The notes under the pieces are model-generated. The model did no database searches and was not told the DNA's origin. It saw only the letters and a program-made list of their open reading frames with translations. This document shows, piece by piece, positions 1 to 9,426 of a stretch of 64,000 nucleotides of DNA (positions are counted from its first letter, which is position 1; every line of letters starts with the position of its first letter). The DNA lies in NCBI GenBank assembly GCA_947168395.1, contig CAMVLT010000008.1:44246-108245 (forward strand), given 5' to 3'. Position numbers and translations under genes: made by a program. Origin of the DNA: an uncultured Prevotellaceae bacterium. GTDB lineage: Bacteria > Bacteroidota > Bacteroidia > Bacteroidales > Bacteroidaceae.

Positions 1-843
1 ACAGGTGATGGTGCGCCAAGGCGTCACAGAGGGCAGGCTGACGGCAGCCGTAGTGCTGCCCTGACCGTTCATCTCGCCGGGCTGCGGGAAGCCTATCTTG
101 TACTTCGCGCCGCCGTCGTTCAGCAGTCGGCAGGCCACGTAGTTGCCGTCGGTGCCGGTCTCGGAGATGAGCACCCAGCCCTGTCCTGTTTGTTGCTGTA
201 ATACAGCAACAGACGGGACTTTGAAGAGGCAGGGGAACGAGTAGCCTTCGCCCCAACCGTTCTTGCCCATCGTGTCGTCGAGGGTATAGCCCGTCTCGTA
301 GGAGGGAGAGGTGCGGGCGAAGCCACCCATAGGCTTCGACTGCGGACAGAGGAACGTCGTGGTGCCCTCGGGCATGACAAAGCCGCTGGCCTCGTCCTTG
401 ACGACGGCCACCAAGGTCTCGCCGCCACGGTTCTTCTTGGAATACAGCTTATAGCGGAAGGCCACGTCGCGGCCCGTGACGCGGAAGATGACGTCGAGGG
501 CGTGCCACCCGTCCTTCTCGAACTGACAGACGGCCTCGGTGGCCTCGTACCTCACATGGCTCTGCTTGGTGGTTTTCAGCGTGTACTCATCGTTGACGGT
601 ATGCACCTCACACTCTTTCATGGTCAGGCCCGTGGTCAGGTCGGCCACGTTGGTGTTCACGCCCAACGGTGAACGCTCCAAGAAGGTGACGCCGCCACGG
701 ACAACCTGATAGGTGGGCTTGCCGCCCTCGTCGTTCACGATGACGGTCATCTTGCCGTCGGGACTGTCGAAGCGTTTCTCGGTCGCTCCCACCGTCAGGG
801 CCGTCAGCATCAGGACGGCCACTGCCATTGTTTTCTTGATCAT
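1..843 (-). CDS. Glycoside hydrolase family 97 protein, N-terminal part (runs off the window edge)
   Basis: Not in the ORF track, translated by hand. ATG at 843 gives MIKKTMAVAVLMLTALTVGATEKRFDSPDGKMTVIVNDEGGKPTYQV...DVAFRYKL...FARTSPSYET...VTPWRTITC. Signal peptide plus SPDG, VAFRY and TPWRTI motifs are typical of the GH97 N-domain. Confidence 0.85.
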   Translation of the reverse strand, partial: MIKKTMAVAVLMLTALTVGATEKRFDSPDGKMTVIVNDEGGKPTYQVVRGGVTFLERSPLGVNTNVADLTTGLTMKECEVHTVNDEYTLKTTKQSHVRYEATEAVCQFEKDGWHALDVIFRVTGRDVAFRYKLYSKKNRGGETLVAVVKDEASGFVMPEGTTTFLCPQSKPMGGFARTSPSYETGYTLDDTMGKNGWGEGYSFPCLFKVPSVAVLQQQTGQGWVLISETGTDGNYVACRLLNDGGAKYKIGFPQPGEMNGQGSTTAAVSLPSVTPWRTITC

Positions 844-846
844 TGC

Positions 847-3327
847 TTATTGCTGTTTGGTATAGTTTGATTCGTTCATAAAGAGGTACGAGGGCTTGTA
901 GCCGCCCCAATCGACGACAATCTTCTCGAAGACGATGCCGGGGTGGCGGGGTTGCAGCTTCAGCTCGTGGGTGGTGCCGTTGCCGACGGGCAGTTCCACC
1001 ACCTTCTCGACGATGCGGCGGGCCACGGCGGGATAGTAGTCGGAGTACATGTAGGGCTGACGGTCGACAAGTGTCTTGTTGAAGTTGACGACCTGCGGCT
1101 CCTGTCCGTCGAGGCCGACGGTGTATTCATAGCCGCCGACGTTGAGGAAGTCGAGCGTGGACTTCACCACGACGAGCACCTTGACGGTCTTGGGAGCGTC
1201 GACAGGCAGCGTGAAGCGGTAGGTCAGCGAGGCGTCGCCGACGGGCTTCGTGTAGGGCGTCAGGGCGACGGCGCTGCGGGTGCGGCCATAGTCGGGATAG
1301 ACGGTCCAAGCGGTGCCCTCGGAGGCTGTGGCGCTATAGTAATGCTCAGCCTCGATGGCTACGTAGCCGTTGCTTGGGGCGAAGGTGTAGCCTGCCGCAG
1401 AGGCAGCGGGAACCGTGGTCGTGCGGGGCATCATGTCCTTGGGGAAGTTGTCGTTCCACGAACGGTAGCCGATGTGCTTCTGCGTCATCATGCCGTCCCA
1501 CTTGCCACCGGCTATCTGCTTGTTGTAATAGCGGCAGAGCACGGAGTCGCGCTTGAAGCATCGCTCCACCTCGGCGGCCCACTCGTTGGCATCGGGACTG
1601 CCTGCCTTGGCCAAGTACTGATTCATGGCCTGAGCGTAGTACATATCGTAGAGATTGGCCATTGCCTGCACAGGGAAGAGCACCAACTGACGGTAGAAGT
1701 CGCGGGCCTCGGCAGGAATATCGTCGTAGAGGCGCACGGCACGGCGCTCCAAGCGGGCGTAGTCGTCGGCCACCTGCCGCCACTCGCCCGTCTCGACGTT
1801 ATAGGTACGGGCGTCGAGCATCTCGGGAGTGACGCGGGCCATGTACTGACAGTTGCGGTTGTAGATGGAGGCGGCTTCGTCGGCGACAGGGCCGCTGAAT
1901 ACGCTGCGGAAGAAGCGGCGGGTGTGGTCGATGACCGTCTGCTGAGTGTACTCCTTGGGGTTCCACGCCATGTCCATGAACAGCTGAATGGGGTACTCCA
2001 TCGGCTTCAGGTCGCCGACGTTGAGAATCCACATGCGCTGAATGCCAAAGTCGTAGGCCAACGACAGCTGCTCGAACATCTGCTGCGTCTGCGTGACGTT
2101 GAGCCACTTGGTATTGCGGGGAGCGCCCACGTAGTCTACATGGTAGTAGATGCCCCAACCGCCCTTGCGGCTGCGCTCGGCAGCTGTAGGCACGCGGCGT
2201 ATGTCGCCCCAGTTGTCGTCGCTGATGAGTATCATCACGTCGTCAGGCACGCGGAGTCCGGCGTCGTAGTAGTCCTGCACCTCCTTATAGAGTGCCCACA
2301 CCTGCGTGGTCTTCTCGGCAGGCTTGCCCGTCACGTCCTTTATAATCTTGCGTTGGTTGTTGATGATGCGCTCCATCAGCTTGGTGTCGGCCTTGTCGCT
2401 CATGGCCTCGTCGCCGTCGCCACGCATGCCGATGGTCACAATGTCCTCAGTACCGTTCATGCGCTCGATACCCTCGCGGAAGAACTGGTCGAGCTTCGCC
2501 TGATTGGTCTCGTAGTTCCAAGCGCCCCACTCACGGCGATGACGGGCATACTCCTGATGGTTGCGGGCCATCGGCTCGTGGTGCGAGGTGCCCATCATAA
2601 CGCCCATCCTGTCGGCGGTCTTGCCATTCTCAGGGTCGTCGGCATAGAAGGCCCACCCCCACATGGCGGGCCACATCATGTTGCCCTTCAGGCGGAGAAT
2701 CAGCTCGAACACCTTCTCATAGAAGCGGTGGTCGCCGTAGTCGGTGCCCCACGTGTTCTTCACCCACGACGTCAGGCACGGAGCCTCGTCGTTGAGGAAG
2801 ATGCCACGGAACTCGACGGCAGGCTCGCCGTCCGTGTACGTACCTTTTATAATATAGGCCTCGGCGTGCTTGGCAACGGGCACGTCAGCCCACCAATACC
2901 ACGGCGACACGCCCAGTTGGCGGCTCAGCTCGTAGATGCCGTAGATGGTGCCTCGGCGGTCGCTTCCGGCAATCACCAATTGGCCATTGACGGTGGTGAT
3001 GATAAACTTCTCGCGCTTACCCTTCAGGTTGGCAAGCTTCAGGCGGTCGATGTCCTTGTTCTTGCCCAACGTACCGACGAGGATAGCAGCCTCCCCTGAC
3101 CCCTCTTGAAGGAGAGGGGCACTTCCCATAACACGCTGAATGTCAGACTGCAAGTTACGGATGGCAATCTTCACGCCCTCGTACTCCTGCTGACTGAATC
3201 CGATGGTGGCACCCTTCAGCGGCAGGGCATCAGCCTGCGGAGTGAAGGTGACAAAAGGCTCGGCGGCACGTACTGCGGCACTTACTGCAACCAAGGCAAG
3301 TAGTGCGATGATGGTCTTACGTATCAT
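847..3327 (-). CDS. GH115 alpha-(4-O-methyl)glucuronidase
   Basis: 826 aa with signal peptide; GH115 motifs RGIFLNDE, NMMWPAMW, GTSHHEPM, GMRGDGD, GIYYHVDYVG, WILNVGDLKPMEYP. Confidence 0.92.
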   Translation of the reverse strand: MIRKTIIALLALVAVSAAVRAAEPFVTFTPQADALPLKGATIGFSQQEYEGVKIAIRNLQSDIQRVMGSAPLLQEGSGEAAILVGTLGKNKDIDRLKLANLKGKREKFIITTVNGQLVIAGSDRRGTIYGIYELSRQLGVSPWYWWADVPVAKHAEAYIIKGTYTDGEPAVEFRGIFLNDEAPCLTSWVKNTWGTDYGDHRFYEKVFELILRLKGNMMWPAMWGWAFYADDPENGKTADRMGVMMGTSHHEPMARNHQEYARHRREWGAWNYETNQAKLDQFFREGIERMNGTEDIVTIGMRGDGDEAMSDKADTKLMERIINNQRKIIKDVTGKPAEKTTQVWALYKEVQDYYDAGLRVPDDVMILISDDNWGDIRRVPTAAERSRKGGWGIYYHVDYVGAPRNTKWLNVTQTQQMFEQLSLAYDFGIQRMWILNVGDLKPMEYPIQLFMDMAWNPKEYTQQTVIDHTRRFFRSVFSGPVADEAASIYNRNCQYMARVTPEMLDARTYNVETGEWRQVADDYARLERRAVRLYDDIPAEARDFYRQLVLFPVQAMANLYDMYYAQAMNQYLAKAGSPDANEWAAEVERCFKRDSVLCRYYNKQIAGGKWDGMMTQKHIGYRSWNDNFPKDMMPRTTTVPAASAAGYTFAPSNGYVAIEAEHYYSATASEGTAWTVYPDYGRTRSAVALTPYTKPVGDASLTYRFTLPVDAPKTVKVLVVVKSTLDFLNVGGYEYTVGLDGQEPQVVNFNKTLVDRQPYMYSDYYPAVARRIVEKVVELPVGNGTTHELKLQPRHPGIVFEKIVVDWGGYKPSYLFMNESNYTKQQ
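3089..3120. repeat. REP-like palindrome (CCCCTCT-loop-AGAGGGG) inside the GH115 CDS
   Basis: gcctcccctgacccctcttgaaggagaggggc, read as APLLQEGSGEA; resembles the intergenic element at 50605-50710. Confidence 0.6.
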
Positions 3328-3330
3328 ATC

Positions 3331-4932
3331 TTATAACAGTTTAAATTCGTCAACATCAATATAACCTCCCGCCTTCTTCGTAGCGTAGTTGAAGATGGCG
3401 AACTTGCTGCCCATGAAGAAGCGGCGATAGTCGAATATGCAGCGGTAGTTCTTGGTACCAATCTGCTTCCACTCCTGACCGTCGAAGCTATAGTAGAAAT
3501 TGGCAGCGTCGTTGTGGCCAGGTTGGAAGTCGCCGTCGATGCGCAGCCAAATCTTCTTCGACTTGGGCGACAGCTTGCTGAGGGCAATACCCTCAATCAT
3601 CTTGTCATCAACGTTGGTGACGGCCTTCTCGCGGTCGGTCAGGCTGACTTTCTGCTCGCTCATCTCCAAATAGAACGTCTTGCCCATACACTTGATGGTC
3701 AGCGCACCCGTGTCGCCGTTGAAGGCGCAGAATCCGGCGCAGTCGCCGTCCTTCATCTTCGAATAGTCGATGCAGACCACACCGCTGCACGTCGGGCCAA
3801 ACATGCGCTGCGTCAACGTGTTAGGAGCCAAGTAGAGGTTGGGCACCACACGGTTGGTCTTCAGACGCAGGAAGCCGGGACGCTCCGTCAGACTCCAAGC
3901 GTTGTCGATGGGATTGTGGTTCCACTGCCATTGCAGGCCTAACTTCGTTGAGCTGAAGTCGTCGGGCACGATGATGCTCTTCGTAGGCTCACCACTCTTA
4001 TAGGGGCGCATGGTGTCGGGCACCTTGCCGTTCTCGTCGCCCAACATCGGCCAACCGTCAATCCAACGGACAGGCGACAGCGTCAGCACACGGCCCACGC
4101 CGCCACGGTCTTGGAACATGATGCCGTACCAGTCGCCGCTCTCGCTGTCGACGACAGTACCCTGTGCCAAATAGGAGAAACCGCCGAAGTCGCTCTCCAA
4201 GATGACGTTCTTCTCCCATGTGCCGTTCAGGTCCTTCGTGCGGTAGCACACCTCACGGCGATGACGGCCAGGGGCATAGACGTGACTGATGAGCTGGGCG
4301 TAGTAGGTGCCCTGATGCTTGATGACGCGGGTGCCTTCCAACAGACCGCGCTCGTCGGCCTCACGCTGAAAGTAGTGGCGCAGACTGCCCTCAACGACAC
4401 CCTTCAGGTCGCGTGTAAGCTGACACATCTCGCCCGTTCCGAAGAACACGTAGGGCGTGCCGTCGTCATCGAAGAACAGGGTGGCGTCATGGAAGTGGCG
4501 CAGACGCGAGTGGATGGTCCACGGTCCTTCAGCCTTCGGAGCTGTGAAAATATAGGTGTCGCCCATAGGACCGGCCTCGTTGGGAGCCAAGAGTGCCCAA
4601 AACTTGCCGTCGTGGTACTTCAGCGACGTAGCCCACTGTCCGCGCCCGTAGACCGTACCTTCCTGCAAGTCGTACTTCGGCGAGTCGGTCAGCTTGTCGA
4701 AGATATAGCCGACGGTTTCCCAGTTCTTCAGGTCCTTCGAGGCCATGACGGGAGCACCCGGCATGAGGTGCATGGTTGTGGAAACCAGGTAAAAGGTGTC
4801 GCCGACGCGGATGACGTCAGGGTCGGGCACGTCGGCCCACAGCATGGGATTCTGAATATTTTCGGTTTTCTGAGTCTGGGCCGAGGCGCATACAGGCAGC
4901 AGCAAGGCCATCATCAAGGTCTTGATTCTCAT
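3331..4932 (-). CDS. GH43 beta-xylosidase/alpha-arabinofuranosidase with C-terminal beta-sandwich
   Basis: 533 aa; NPMLWADVPDPDVIRVGDTFY, GQWA, HFHDATLFFDDDG, LEG, WQWNHNP. Confidence 0.92.
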   Translation of the reverse strand: MRIKTLMMALLLPVCASAQTQKTENIQNPMLWADVPDPDVIRVGDTFYLVSTTMHLMPGAPVMASKDLKNWETVGYIFDKLTDSPKYDLQEGTVYGRGQWATSLKYHDGKFWALLAPNEAGPMGDTYIFTAPKAEGPWTIHSRLRHFHDATLFFDDDGTPYVFFGTGEMCQLTRDLKGVVEGSLRHYFQREADERGLLEGTRVIKHQGTYYAQLISHVYAPGRHRREVCYRTKDLNGTWEKNVILESDFGGFSYLAQGTVVDSESGDWYGIMFQDRGGVGRVLTLSPVRWIDGWPMLGDENGKVPDTMRPYKSGEPTKSIIVPDDFSSTKLGLQWQWNHNPIDNAWSLTERPGFLRLKTNRVVPNLYLAPNTLTQRMFGPTCSGVVCIDYSKMKDGDCAGFCAFNGDTGALTIKCMGKTFYLEMSEQKVSLTDREKAVTNVDDKMIEGIALSKLSPKSKKIWLRIDGDFQPGHNDAANFYYSFDGQEWKQIGTKNYRCIFDYRRFFMGSKFAIFNYATKKAGGYIDVDEFKLL

Positions 4933-7256
4933 AACTTTATCTGTTTTTGTTGTCCATCATAATCTATCGTCTGACTGTTGCCGTTAGGCAGCACAACGGT
5001 GAACCGACGCGACTTCAGCATGCCGGGGTATTCGCCCTTGCGCTCGCCGATGGTCAGCGTGCGGCTCTTGTCGTTCCAAAGGAAGGTAATGGTGCTATGG
5101 ACGCCCTTCTCGTAGTTGTAGCTGTCGCCCTCGTCCTCGTAGAGGGTGAACGTGCCGTCGGCACCTGGATAGACGCGCATTTCGAGGTTGTCCCAAGCCT
5201 TCTCGCCTACATACTGCATCTCAGGGCCGAGGGGCACAATGCTGCCTGCACGGACGAACATCGGCACCGTCTCCAACGAGGTCTGCAGGGTCACGATCTG
5301 ACCGCCCTTAAATTGCTTACCCGTCCAGAAGTCGTACCATGAGGCACCCTTTGGCAGATACTTCGAGGCGGTCTTCACAGCAGTGAAGTCAACGTTAAGG
5401 TTATCGTTACCGTTGACGTTGTTCTGACGGTCCCAGCCCGTCATGGCGTTGGTACGGATAATCTTCTCTTCCGTGTACTGCGGGTCGACGATGGGAGCAG
5501 CGAGGATGCTATGGCCGAACATAAACTCGTCGGTAGTGTTCCACACCTTCTTGTCGGCAGCAAAGTCGGCGAACAGCGGACGCATGTAGCTGTCGTTGGC
5601 GGAGGTCACCTGCCAAGCCGTACTATATAAATAAGGTATAAGACGATAGCGCAGGCGAATCATCTTTTCAATAGCGTCGTAGACGGGTTCGCCTTTCTTG
5701 CCAAACTGCCATATCTCACGGGGAGCATCGGCACCGTGACTGCGGAACACAGGGCAGAACAGGCCATACTGCATCCAACGCACGTATAGTTCTTGGAACT
5801 GCGGATTCTTGGGAGCCGAACCACCGCCCCGCGTGTTATACGAGCCGCAGAAGAAGCCGCCGATGTCGGTATTGAAGTTGGGGTTGCCCGTCAGCGTGAA
5901 GCTCAGTCCGGCAGGCACCTGCTTGCGCAACATGTCCCACGACGAATTGACGTCGCCGCTCCACATGTTGGAGCCGTAGTGCTGCTGTCCGGCAAACGAC
6001 GAGCGGGTCATGATAAAGACGCGCTTGCCCCGGTCGTCCTTACGCTGCGACTGGTAGATGCCACGCACCGTCTCCAAGGGGAAAGCGTTGCGCTGCGAGC
6101 GCCAAGTGCCACCATAGACCTTATGCTGGTAGTCGCTCTCACGCGGATTGAAGAAGTCGGGGTCGGTAGAGTCCATCCACCACGCATCGGTGCCGTAGTC
6201 GTAGAGACGCTTCAGGTGCTTCCAGTAGATGTCGCGGGCCACAGGACTGAAGGCGTCGTAGACCTTCACGCCCGACGGATAGTCCATGACGGGAGGCCAT
6301 ACGTGCGAAATGCCGCTCTGCGGCCAAGTCTCGATGGGCAGCAGCAGTCCCTTCTCATTGAGTTCGCGGAACTGCATCGTCTGCGGACCGAAGCTGGCCC
6401 AAATGCTAATCATGAAGTGGGCGTGCTTCTTGTGTACGTTGTCTATCATCTGCTTGCCGTTGCTGAAGTCCTCAGCCAAGAAGTCCATAGCGTTCCACAA
6501 GTAGTTTGAACCCCAGTACTGCCAGTCCTGGATAATGCCGTCGAGGGGCACGTTCAGCGCACGGTACTGGTCGACAATACCCTCTGTCTCGCGGGCCGTC
6601 TTGTAGCGTTCCTTCGACTGCCAGAAGCCGTAGGTCCACAGCGGGAACATCGGCACGTCGCCGCTCAGGTGGCGCATCTGGGCAATCACGCCGTCGGCAC
6701 TTCCGCCATACATGAAGTAATAGTCAATACCCTCGCCGGCCTCCGAGGTAAACGACATTCCGTTGGCATCGTCGTCGAACTGCGTCGGCGAATAGTTCTC
6801 CCAATAGAGGCCCCAGCCCTTGATGCTCTGTAGCACACTCTGGAAGTCCTCAAGGTTCGACTGCTCCATGCGCTTGTGCTCGCCTCGGCGGTTCATCTTG
6901 CCGTTCTGAATGGTGCCAAGACCGTAGATGGCCTCGTCCTTGTCGAGCGTGAACACCTGCTGCACTTTTCCTAAGTCGCAGCTCTTTTCACGCAACAGCA
7001 GCTTGCCCTTGGCCGTTGAGAAAGTGAGACACTTGGTCTTGGGGTCCAGCTTCACGGTCAGTTCACTACTCGACCACACATTCCCTTGTTGCCTCACCGC
7101 CACCTGTTCCGGCTTAGCTGTCACAACAAGGGTTTTCGTGGGCTGTCCCTTCACGATGTGTACAATACTTGGCGTAAAGAACTCAATCTTCACGTCCTGT
7201 GCCCATGTAGCTTCTGCGGTCATCATTACCGCCAGCAGCATCATCAGTTTCTTCAT
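4929..7256 (-). CDS. GH31 alpha-xylosidase/alpha-glucosidase
   Basis: Motifs WTYGFWQSKERY, DGIIQDWQYW, WWMDSTDP, WSGDV, NTDIGGF, FRSHG, LYEDEGD. Start moved to the ATG at 7256 (MKKLMMLL signal peptide). Confidence 0.92.
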   Translation of the reverse strand: MKKLMMLLAVMMTAEATWAQDVKIEFFTPSIVHIVKGQPTKTLVVTAKPEQVAVRQQGNVWSSSELTVKLDPKTKCLTFSTAKGKLLLREKSCDLGKVQQVFTLDKDEAIYGLGTIQNGKMNRRGEHKRMEQSNLEDFQSVLQSIKGWGLYWENYSPTQFDDDANGMSFTSEAGEGIDYYFMYGGSADGVIAQMRHLSGDVPMFPLWTYGFWQSKERYKTARETEGIVDQYRALNVPLDGIIQDWQYWGSNYLWNAMDFLAEDFSNGKQMIDNVHKKHAHFMISIWASFGPQTMQFRELNEKGLLLPIETWPQSGISHVWPPVMDYPSGVKVYDAFSPVARDIYWKHLKRLYDYGTDAWWMDSTDPDFFNPRESDYQHKVYGGTWRSQRNAFPLETVRGIYQSQRKDDRGKRVFIMTRSSFAGQQHYGSNMWSGDVNSSWDMLRKQVPAGLSFTLTGNPNFNTDIGGFFCGSYNTRGGGSAPKNPQFQELYVRWMQYGLFCPVFRSHGADAPREIWQFGKKGEPVYDAIEKMIRLRYRLIPYLYSTAWQVTSANDSYMRPLFADFAADKKVWNTTDEFMFGHSILAAPIVDPQYTEEKIIRTNAMTGWDRQNNVNGNDNLNVDFTAVKTASKYLPKGASWYDFWTGKQFKGGQIVTLQTSLETVPMFVRAGSIVPLGPEMQYVGEKAWDNLEMRVYPGADGTFTLYEDEGDSYNYEKGVHSTITFLWNDKSRTLTIGERKGEYPGMLKSRRFTVVLPNGNSQTIDYDGQQKQIKL

Positions 7257-7283
7257 CTTCGTAGTAGTTTTAGATTTTGTGTG

Positions 7284-7291
7284 CAAAGTTA
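7284..7291 (-). promoter_or_regulatory. Bacteroidetes sigma-A -7 box (TAACTTTG) for the GH31-GH43-GH115-GH97 operon
   Basis: Matches TAnnTTTG about 30 nt upstream of the ATG. Confidence 0.7.
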
Positions 7292-7329
7292 CACATTATT
7301 TATTGATAAGATATAGGTTTTCGTCTCAA

Positions 7330-8817
7330 TTACATGCGCGTTTTTGTCCGCTCCTCACTCTCAAGCCGTCTCCTCAGCTCATCGGCATTGGTATCGACGG
7401 GCCGCGAGGTGAAATCGGGCGTGTTGTAGGAGTCGAGCGACTGTCGGTAATAGTCCTTGGGGTTGCGCTGGGGCAACAGGAACGGCTTGGTCGCCCGTCC
7501 CTCTTCATCGATGGAGGAGAAGTAGACACGGGTATAGAGTCCGTCGTCGCGGCGGCTGGTAAACAGGAACCAGCGGCTGTTCGCCGACCAATTATGGAAG
7601 CTCTCGGCCCTCTCGGTATTCACCTCGTCCAAAGGGCGCGTCTCGCCTGTTTGCAGGTCGAGCAGCCACAGGTCGGCCTCAGGGTGCCACACCGAGAAGT
7701 AGCCGTAGTCCACCTGTGTGTACATCAGATAACGTCCGTCGTAGCTGGGCCGAGGCCAAGTAACGCTCTTGCCTATGCGATAGGCGCTGATGAGCGTGTC
7801 AACCTTTTGCCCTATGCAGCCCGTTGCCGCATCGAAGCTGACACGGCAGAGGCTGTACTTCTCTTTATCATAATCGGTAGGATATATCTGGCGGCGGGCG
7901 GTGGTAAAGTAGAGCCAGCACCCATCGGGCGAGAAAGCTGGCGTGTTCTCAGCCCACAGTCTCTTCATGATGAGTGTGTCCTTCAGGATGGTGCGTGTCT
8001 CGGTGTCGTACACAAAGACGTCGGACGACGAGTCGTAGACCTCAATGCGCTTCGGCCCTGACAGGTGGAACATCTGCGACGTTTTGTTGGTGGAGAAGGC
8101 GCAGTAGCGGCCACCGGGATGCCAATAAGGATAGACCATAGCTCCACCCAATGAGTCGTTCTTCGACTGGAGCACCTCTATACGGCCCTGCCGGCTGATA
8201 ACTGTGCCGCCATGATCAACACGAGCGTGGAACACATACTGGTCAGGATTGGTGCGGTTGGCGGTATGGCAGTTCAGGCAGGTTTCCGTCAACTGGCTGT
8301 TCTCAATAAGAGCCGACTCCTCGAAGGTTGACAACCGGCGCTGATAAAGTCCCATAGACCCGAACAATTGATAGCCTGGGGCTATGCGGCGGTAGGTAAT
8401 GCCCCATGCGCCAATGGAGTCGGGACTGACATAAAGGGTGAAGTCGCGGTAACGGGTCCACCGCCCGTCCTGCCGTGCACAGACCGTCACCGTCAGGCTG
8501 TCGCCACGGTTGGCTGTCAGCAGACGATGCCACTCGCCGATGTCGAAGTCGGCATATTCACCATTTGCATGCAGTGAGCCGCCTTTGCTGCCCTTTACCT
8601 CCACGTCCATCAAGGCAATGCTGTCGCTCAGCATGGAGAAATTCAGCGGGGCAATGTCCACAGGGACTGTCACCCCTATGTAGTCAGGATATATCTGAGG
8701 ATACTCGTCAACCGATGAAGCATCCTTCGGTGTATCGGAAGAACAGCCGACTGCCGACAGCCAACAGATGACTGCCAGAAGAAGGCTACATAAAGAACTG
8801 GTCTTGTGTCTTTTCAT
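7330..8817 (-). CDS. TolB-like/PD40 beta-propeller lipoprotein with a CxxCH motif
   Basis: Lipobox LSAVGC; TCLNCH; PD40-like repeats YPYWHPGGRY, PAFSPDGCWLYF, PRPSYDGRYL, HNWSANSRWFLF. Confidence 0.8.
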   Translation of the reverse strand: MKRHKTSSLCSLLLAVICWLSAVGCSSDTPKDASSVDEYPQIYPDYIGVTVPVDIAPLNFSMLSDSIALMDVEVKGSKGGSLHANGEYADFDIGEWHRLLTANRGDSLTVTVCARQDGRWTRYRDFTLYVSPDSIGAWGITYRRIAPGYQLFGSMGLYQRRLSTFEESALIENSQLTETCLNCHTANRTNPDQYVFHARVDHGGTVISRQGRIEVLQSKNDSLGGAMVYPYWHPGGRYCAFSTNKTSQMFHLSGPKRIEVYDSSSDVFVYDTETRTILKDTLIMKRLWAENTPAFSPDGCWLYFTTARRQIYPTDYDKEKYSLCRVSFDAATGCIGQKVDTLISAYRIGKSVTWPRPSYDGRYLMYTQVDYGYFSVWHPEADLWLLDLQTGETRPLDEVNTERAESFHNWSANSRWFLFTSRRDDGLYTRVYFSSIDEEGRATKPFLLPQRNPKDYYRQSLDSYNTPDFTSRPVDTNADELRRRLESEERTKTRM

Positions 8818-9406
8818 AGTTTTCACGAAGTTTACTAAACACAGGATGCTGACTGATTTGCTCCGGATGCATAGCCAGCGTCCTCATAGTTTGTACCCAG
8901 TCGGCACTGGAGAAGTGCTGCTCAACAATGGCGATATATTTCAGGGCCAACTCGTACTGCCCAGTAATGAGCGCCGTCTCGGTAAGTCGCCTCAGGGGGC
9001 GTTCGCAGTCGGTCACATCGGCGTGTTTCACCATTGCCTCGAAGGCAGCACGCTGCGCCATTGTCACCATGCCAAGCTGTATGTAGACATCGCTCAGCAT
9101 CATAGCCGCCAACTCGCTGGAGAGGGCATCGTGCGAGTCGGACAGACATTCGAAGACGGCATCCTGCCCCGCCTGTCCCAAACGGTACTGCGCCAGTCTC
9201 ACTACCTTGCGGCAGGCCAGCGAATGAGTAGGCTCGTGGAAGTTCTTCTCCACTATCTGCTCCCATTTCCCGTTTAACTGCAACACGTCATACGCCCGTT
9301 CCTCCTCCGTTCCGTCCAAAGGCGTATTGGACGAGCAAGACGAAACAGCGGCAATCAATACCGGCAGCAACAGCCACGAAACAATTCTTTTCATTATAGC
9401 AGTCAT
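8786..9406 (-). CDS. Lipoprotein, short DUF6057-like protein
   Basis: Lipobox AVSSC; SDVYIQLGMVTMAQRAAFEA and RLTETALITGQYELALKY resemble the DUF6057 C-terminal part, which usually lies next to the PD40 protein. Confidence 0.6.
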   Translation of the reverse strand: MTAIMKRIVSWLLLPVLIAAVSSCSSNTPLDGTEEERAYDVLQLNGKWEQIVEKNFHEPTHSLACRKVVRLAQYRLGQAGQDAVFECLSDSHDALSSELAAMMLSDVYIQLGMVTMAQRAAFEAMVKHADVTDCERPLRRLTETALITGQYELALKYIAIVEQHFSSADWVQTMRTLAMHPEQISQHPVFSKLRENYEKTQDQFFM

Positions 9407-9426
9407 CAGTCGTGCGGGTTTCTACA

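Noticed and set aside
608-910. 100-aa and 102-aa minus-strand ORFs at the window start
   Set aside because: They are alternative frames of the GH97 gene that runs off the edge.
943-3099. 718-aa plus-strand ORF, and similar long antisense ORFs (17487-18893, 31730-32830, 53709-54701, 56427-57467, 59813-61576, 62786-63838)
   Set aside because: These are shadow frames opposite well-supported genes, expected from GC3-biased codon usage. They show no recognisable motifs.
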